Shown here piece by piece: positions 59,056 through 64,000 of a DNA stretch of 64,000 bases (positions are counted from its first letter, which is position 1; every line of letters starts with the position of its first letter). This stretch comes from Pseudomonadota bacterium. GTDB taxonomy: Bacteria; Bdellovibrionota; Bdellovibrionia; Bdellovibrionales; SG-bin7. The notes under the pieces are model-generated. The model had not been told where the DNA came from. It saw nothing but the letters and a program-made list of their open reading frames with translations, and did no database searches. The stretch covers positions 39,862 through 103,861 of the forward strand of contig JAWXAY010000080.1 of the NCBI GenBank assembly GCA_034439715.1, in the 5' to 3' direction. The position numbers and the translations under genes are program-made.

Positions 59056-59334
59056 AAAGCCTCCATACCCTCCTACATTTCAAAACTTGCGCCGCCTTAA
59101 ACCTGATAATTTAGAGCTGAAACAAGATATAATTTGGAGTGACGCTTTTCAAATTACAACCGTCTACTCTTTAGACAATTACCAATTGTAAAACCAAATC
59201 TCCAAAGGCCTAACTCAGCTCGATTTTACGCTGGGTTATGACGAAAATAAGGCCCATGTCCTAAATAGTGCGCTTTAATGGTTTTTTAGAGTAAGCGAAC
59301 ATATACCCCTAGTTACCTAGTGGCTCGATGCGAC

Positions 59335-60159
59335 TTACTTCACTTGAAGCGGTTGCCGCTTAGCTTGAGCTAATTTTTGCAACAAGGGTTCGCGGTACTT
59401 TTGAACCAACTGACCAAGCTCAGACGTTTTAGCATTAGCCATTAAAATGTAAGCTTGAAATTCATTTTTCATTAAGAGGTCATTTTTTGTATCGTAAAAA
59501 TTAGATAATAATCGTTTCACTTCTTCTTTTTCTTCAGTGCTCATCGAATTGTCCCAAAAACTATCGGCTACTTGGCGGTAAGTGTCGTCCGAGAAATACT
59601 GCGCATGGAGAATTTCATGAGTCACAACATCTTGCCATCTCATAGCGCTTACCAGTGCAAATGTGATGACAATAAAGTTGGGATTAGCGCGGGCCTTTGG
59701 AATAATAAACTCTTCAAACAATTCAGTTTCAAGTGGGTCAGCACAAAGAGTTTTATCCTTGTCACAAGCGGTCACTGCGGCATCGTAATATCTCAAGAGG
59801 TCTGAACCTTTAAGATCATGACCGCCGATGGCGCTAATAAATTCTCTAAAAGTTGAGTCAGTTGTGGGTACGATCACTCCCGGTTTTCCGTTATTGCCTT
59901 CAACAAAAAATGAGGCGCGTGTAAGTGCCATATTCATTTCTTTTTGCTCGTGACTCTGACAGAGAAAAGTTCCAGAAATTTCTTGAGTCTCGCGGCACTG
60001 AGTTAGAGACTTTTTTGACTTAACATCTACTTTGAAGTTGTTGTTCCATCCTTTGATTTCGCTTTGGACTTTAATGGTTGGGCCTACTTCAACTGTAGCA
60101 AATGACAAAGATGACGAAAATAAAGTAGCAAATAGTACTAACGTGTTTACGGCGTTCAT
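59335..60159 (-). CDS. Secreted zincin (HExxH) metallopeptidase-like protein
   Basis: Start ATG 60159 after AGAGG; signal peptide (SFA/T); THEILHAQY with a downstream NEFQAY as a possible third ligand. Confidence 0.6.
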   Translation of the reverse strand: MNAVNTLVLFATLFSSSLSFATVEVGPTIKVQSEIKGWNNNFKVDVKSKKSLTQCRETQEISGTFLCQSHEQKEMNMALTRASFFVEGNNGKPGVIVPTTDSTFREFISAIGGHDLKGSDLLRYYDAAVTACDKDKTLCADPLETELFEEFIIPKARANPNFIVITFALVSAMRWQDVVTHEILHAQYFSDDTYRQVADSFWDNSMSTEEKEEVKRLLSNFYDTKNDLLMKNEFQAYILMANAKTSELGQLVQKYREPLLQKLAQAKRQPLQVK

Positions 60160-60367
60160 GAAATTACCTCTTTGTCCGGGTTGCAGGAAATTGCAACCTA
60201 CAGCAGCGAGATAATTAATGCAAATAACGTACACGCTTGAAAAAAATAGGCTGAAATAAATTCAATGATAAATTTATAGGTTCAAAAAAATATTTGCTGT
60301 ATGATCAAGCCAAAGAAAGAAAGTGGCACGACTTGCAGATAATCAGACGTCAGGAACTGGAGAATTT

Positions 60368-60676
60368 ATGAGAAATACATATTCGAAATTGATTTTAATA
60401 CTGGGCCTTGCAGCCACTAATTACTCAAATGCCGGTGAGCTTTTTCCTTTTGATCCGCCAACCAGTTCATGTGAACAATCGAATACGGAAAGTCCTGCTC
60501 TTACTCATGAAGATCGACAGCGTATTAGTAATCATGTGGCTCAGATAAAAAACCTCAGTAGCGAACAGAAACACGTCCTTAATGCCACCATTTACAACAA
60601 CATCGATACGGCCATTAAAAATGGCAAGTTGTCTCAGGTGCTTTTTTATAATCAATTGCTTCGAGAAACTAACTAA
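60368..60676 (+). CDS. Small secreted hypothetical protein
   Basis: ATG 60368 after GGAG; signal peptide (SNA/G). Confidence 0.6.
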   Translation: MRNTYSKLILILGLAATNYSNAGELFPFDPPTSSCEQSNTESPALTHEDRQRISNHVAQIKNLSSEQKHVLNATIYNNIDTAIKNGKLSQVLFYNQLLRETN

Positions 60677-60714
60677 ATAGAATTTTATCGACTTGATTTT
60701 TTGGACTCACCCAC

Positions 60715-61209
60715 CTACTCAACACGACAGAGATAGCTCTTTACCGCAAGCATACTTCGTTGTTTACTTTCGCAAGTTATTGTTGAACCTTCACCGCTGA
60801 CGCTAACCACTCCATTTTGAAGTGTAATTGGATTGTTTTCGCTCTCATGTTTCTGGCGTAGGGCATAAGAGTCTATTAGGGCCTCAGTTAAGATCGCTTG
60901 AACAGAGGTTGCATCTTGCTCCCATTCTGAAATATCGCCAGCTAAAGAACATTTAAAGTTTTCAACGGCGGCAGCGCCTAATAGTTTCGATGTACAGGAC
61001 AGCATGGCTGAAGTCGTAAATATCACAAAAACATTTCCATTTCTTTTAATATTCGCTTGGCCGTTTGTATGAGCGGCGGCCAGAGCATCGAAAATTAACC
61101 CTTGAGGAGAGCGAACTGAGCTAGTCCATGTGTTAAGTTCGTTCGACCCCGCCATTGCTACAGTTGTCATAGCCATAGCGGAAATTAAAATTGAAGGTAT
61201 AGTTTTCAT
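60715..61209 (-). CDS. Secreted protein with two internal ~70-aa repeats
   Basis: Signal peptide (AMA/G); duplicated W...S.Q..I..AL / C.SK....AV..(F/Y).C pattern. Confidence 0.7.
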   Translation of the reverse strand: MKTIPSILISAMAMTTVAMAGSNELNTWTSSVRSPQGLIFDALAAAHTNGQANIKRNGNVFVIFTTSAMLSCTSKLLGAAAVENFKCSLAGDISEWEQDATSVQAILTEALIDSYALRQKHESENNPITLQNGVVSVSGEGSTITCESKQRSMLAVKSYLCRVE

Positions 61210-61235
61210 AGAAATTCCCTAATAGTTTAAATAAA

Positions 61236-61580
61236 CTACTCTTTCAGGCATGAAAGCGATGTCATTTTGTCGCCTTCTTTAAGAACCAAACTTAAATAAC
61301 CGTTGCTTGCAAAACTTCCTTGAGTTGAAATACTGAAGGTTGGAGACATAGCTACTGAAAGACTGTATTGACCTTTCTCTTTGTTGCCTTCGAGCGAAAA
61401 TGTTCTTCCATTCAAGTTGCCTTCTAACAAAACATGTGACTTCGTTTCATACTGATTCACAAGCGGCGCTGACTCTATAGACTTTTCTTGCCTAGGATCG
61501 CCCTGACTTACATTGCACTGAACTTTGGCGTAAGCTTCAAAGCCAACTAATGTCATTAAAACTATAATACTCTTCGTCAT
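61236..61580 (-). CDS. Small secreted protein with terminal Cys pair
   Basis: AGGAG RBS; signal peptide (AYA/K); Cys near each end of the mature chain. Confidence 0.7.
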   Translation of the reverse strand: MTKSIIVLMTLVGFEAYAKVQCNVSQGDPRQEKSIESAPLVNQYETKSHVLLEGNLNGRTFSLEGNKEKGQYSLSVAMSPTFSISTQGSFASNGYLSLVLKEGDKMTSLSCLKE

Positions 61581-61648
61581 AAAAACTCCTTTGTTTTGAT
61601 ATCGTTTAGGTGCTTAAACATTTACTTATACATTTTATAACACATAGC

Positions 61649-61703
61649 ATATATATTATCAATATATATTTATATTTTATAAATTTAAGGTAAACTTACC
61701 TTA
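61649..61703. promoter_or_regulatory. Two perfect palindromes upstream of tetR (candidate operators)
   Basis: ATATATATT-atc-AATATATAT (61649-61669) and TAAGGTAA-ac-TTACCTTA (61686-61703). Confidence 0.5.
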
Positions 61704-62278
61704 TGATTACAACACAAGATCAAATATTAGCGGCTGCGGTAACTTGCTTTAATGAAACAGGATTTGAGCAAACCACTTTTAAGGATATTGCAAGCAAGGT
61801 GGGCGTCACCCAACCACTAATTTACAAGTACTTTAAGAATAAAATGGATCTCTTCGCGGCGTGCGGCTTAATGGTGGCTGCAGAAGGACGAATATATATT
61901 GATGCCTCTATAGATCAAAGGGCGTCAGCACTCGAACGCCTGCTGGCTTATGCGGGAGCCAATCTGGAATGGTTTGCAAATCACAAATCTAAGGCTCAGA
62001 TCTTATTAGGAATTAATTACTTCGCCCTCTCGGACAAGACTATCGAAACGATCAACAACGAAATACTCAGGATTGGCTTAGAAAGAATAGAGACTCATCT
62101 AGTACAAATTGGGCATGAAACGGGAACTAAATTTCAAAACGTTTCTGATTTATCGCGAATTATTCATAGTATTATGGTTGGAGAGATTATTAAGCTACAT
62201 CATTCCAAAGCGAAACAAAAAACCAATCTGGCCAGGACATTGTTGTTTTCAGCCATAAAAAAAATACTTAAAAATTAA
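61703..62278 (+). CDS. TetR/AcrR family transcriptional regulator
   Basis: ILAAA..CF.ETGFEQTTFKDIA.KVGVTQPLIYKYFKNK.DL. Confidence 0.93.
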   Translation: MITTQDQILAAAVTCFNETGFEQTTFKDIASKVGVTQPLIYKYFKNKMDLFAACGLMVAAEGRIYIDASIDQRASALERLLAYAGANLEWFANHKSKAQILLGINYFALSDKTIETINNEILRIGLERIETHLVQIGHETGTKFQNVSDLSRIIHSIMVGEIIKLHHSKAKQKTNLARTLLFSAIKKILKN

Positions 62279-62340
62279 CAGGATTGGGTTTGTTTACACG
62301 GTCTATCGACAGCATCTTACCGCTATGGTACTTAGCTCCA

Positions 62341-63669
62341 ATGAATATTGTCCGATTTTTTACTTTTAGTGTGTTGCTTTTGTCTTTCGATGTAAAAGCT
62401 ATGGAATATGTGGAACTCTGCAAATCTAAAATGGACTGCAAGAAGTTTTCACGTTTAGTAATGGGCACCGACCACTTAGTTCAATCCAATTGGACGACTG
62501 AAGGCCAACCAGAGTTGTCGGAAGCCGAGGCATTTGAAATATTGGATGAAGCCGCAAAAAATGGAATTAACTTCTTCGATACGTCACCAATCTATGTGGG
62601 AGGCGTCGAAAATAAACTTGGTAAATGGAAAAAATCCAGAAGTGCGCCCATTCGAGAAAATAGCTTCTACTATCGAACCAACTTTAATCCAGATAGAAAA
62701 TTGTACATTCTTTCTAAAGGAGGATTTCCATTTGATCTCTTTTGGTCACAACGGCTAGAGGCAGGAACACATTCTCAACATTTAAGCCGTGAACTTCGAA
62801 TAAATGGACATATTGAAAGTACGGGCAATGGAGAAATTGCATTGAAGAATGTCCCGCCAGGTTCCTATGCCAGTCGTCTATATGGCTCTACAGAACAGAT
62901 TACAGATCGAGTGGCAGAAGAACTGAGTCACACCCGAGCGAATCTTGAGGAAGATATTACTATTTATCTTATGCATCGGGATGACGGGGATACCTATGGA
63001 TTTAAAGCGATAAAAAGAGTGCAGACCTCTGTTCGAACTATTATGGAAGCACTCGCGTCCCCACAGATAGCCAGTTACTTTTGGATGCTTGGTTGGTCAA
63101 ATTGGCAGACAGATCGTATCACCGAGTCTTTGAATTTGTCGCACTCAGAGGCTTTGGTTAAACCTATTATCAATAGCCCCTATTTTTCACTGTTTGAAAT
63201 GAGTCAACGAACGATTCATGCGCTGGGAGTGCAAGTTACTCATCGGGAAATGATGGATCCTAGTTTCCAAAAGGGAATAAAGGTCATGCCGTATTCTCCC
63301 TTGGGTGGTTTTAGTATTTTAGATAAGCCCGCTCCTCAATGGAAAAACGCGAAGAAGGCCGCCAAAGAAAAGTTCGAGCAAGGTGATGCCTATTGGCAAA
63401 ATGTTTACCACTCCCTTTTCACAAAGGATAATGAGGCTCGTTGGCATCGGGTCGTTAATTTCACCAGAAAGTTTAATGGTCAAAATGGCACAACCTACAC
63501 CATAGATCAGATGATTAATGCTTATGCGTTAGCCCATCCAAGAACTGACTTTCTTGCTGTGGGTCCAGTCAATAAAGAACAAATACGAAGAACGGTCGGC
63601 TCGCTAGAACTCGCTAAGAAGCTTACCCATCAAGACCTAGAGTACCTTTACAGTGGAGCTAGGAATTGA
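62341..63669 (+). CDS. Aldo/keto reductase family protein with insertions
   Basis: SRLVMGT, GINFFDTSPIY, LSKGG, IYLMHRDD, LGWSNW, PYSPLGG. Start at 62341 or 62401. Confidence 0.8.
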   Translation: MNIVRFFTFSVLLLSFDVKAMEYVELCKSKMDCKKFSRLVMGTDHLVQSNWTTEGQPELSEAEAFEILDEAAKNGINFFDTSPIYVGGVENKLGKWKKSRSAPIRENSFYYRTNFNPDRKLYILSKGGFPFDLFWSQRLEAGTHSQHLSRELRINGHIESTGNGEIALKNVPPGSYASRLYGSTEQITDRVAEELSHTRANLEEDITIYLMHRDDGDTYGFKAIKRVQTSVRTIMEALASPQIASYFWMLGWSNWQTDRITESLNLSHSEALVKPIINSPYFSLFEMSQRTIHALGVQVTHREMMDPSFQKGIKVMPYSPLGGFSILDKPAPQWKNAKKAAKEKFEQGDAYWQNVYHSLFTKDNEARWHRVVNFTRKFNGQNGTTYTIDQMINAYALAHPRTDFLAVGPVNKEQIRRTVGSLELAKKLTHQDLEYLYSGARN

Positions 63670-63786
63670 ATTTTTTCTGCTAATATTACCAGGAACGTCA
63701 CTATGTGAAAATAATAGTCGCTCCTACTCTGCCTTAGCAAACAGAGGACGGTCAGCGCTGGCGTAGAACTTGTATTAACATCGTGA

Positions 63787-64000
63787 ATGCGATTTCTTGT
63801 TTACAGTCTTACTTTCATTACGTTATTAGGCGCGCCCAGTGCGTTTTCTCAGTCAATTGAACGACTAACTAATCTAAGTAAAATTCCCAAGGTGGTTTAC
63901 GGTAACCAAGTCATAAGGGCGGTTATTGACTATGCGGCTCGAGTTTTGCGGGCGTGTTCGAGTGGTGTTGGCACTTGTTCACCACGACTTGCAAGTCTTA
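63787..64000 (+). CDS. 5' end of a secreted hypothetical protein (partial)
   Basis: Open frame from ATG 63787 to the window end: MRFLVYSLTFITLLGAPSAFS/QSIERL... Confidence 0.5.
   Translation, partial: MRFLVYSLTFITLLGAPSAFSQSIERLTNLSKIPKVVYGNQVIRAVIDYAARVLRACSSGVGTCSPRLASL

Noticed and set aside
60324..60337. TGGCACGACTTGCA as a sigma54 promoter
   Set aside because: Only 8 nt separate GG and GC; sigma54 needs 10.
55096..64000. Integrative element or prophage at tRNA-Pro
   Set aside because: No integrase, phage or transposase gene and no duplicated tRNA 3' end seen within the window; it cannot be excluded beyond the edge.
1..64000. CRISPR array, rRNA, riboswitch or defence system
   Set aside because: No regularly spaced repeats, rRNA-like sequence or recognisable defence domains were found by eye; covariance-model and HMM scans were not run.

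Overview
Gene-dense, AT-leaning bacterial chromosome segment, probably from a Bdellovibrionota-like organism. That assignment is inferred from a TIGR02147-type regulator and many signal-peptide orphan proteins. Block 1 (1-33.1 kb) is a large, strand-switching surface-polysaccharide/LPS locus: a 3'-truncated PPDK-like Cj1418-type putative glutamine kinase, a TagF-like phosphotransferase, a Cj1419/20-like methyltransferase, wzm/wzt, fdtA/fdtB plus an N-acyltransferase, hddA, kdsA, waaL, rmlD/rmlC, a PglF-like dehydratase, a split transketolase with a DegT aminotransferase, and several methyl- and glycosyltransferases. It is interleaved with apt and an mtnA + aldolase/SDR pair. Block 2 (33-55 kb) is mostly housekeeping: nhaA, metF, metH, folE, korAB, plsC/cdsA-like genes, a sigma54 response regulator, serA, tRNA-Arg(TCT) and tRNA-Pro(CGG), plus secreted orphans. 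Block 3 (55-64 kb) is an accessory-looking run of secreted proteins, including two zinc-protease candidates, with TIGR02147 and TetR regulators and an aldo-keto reductase. Best leads: (i) an O-methyl-phosphoramidate-like glycan modification module that may use a TagF-like transferase; (ii) mtnA coupled to a fused aldolase-dehydrogenase (possible DHAP-shunt variant); (iii) an FtsH-periplasmic-domain/DUF3108 fusion. All family assignments come from motif recognition and memory; no searches were run. No CRISPR, rRNA, integrase or transposase was seen.
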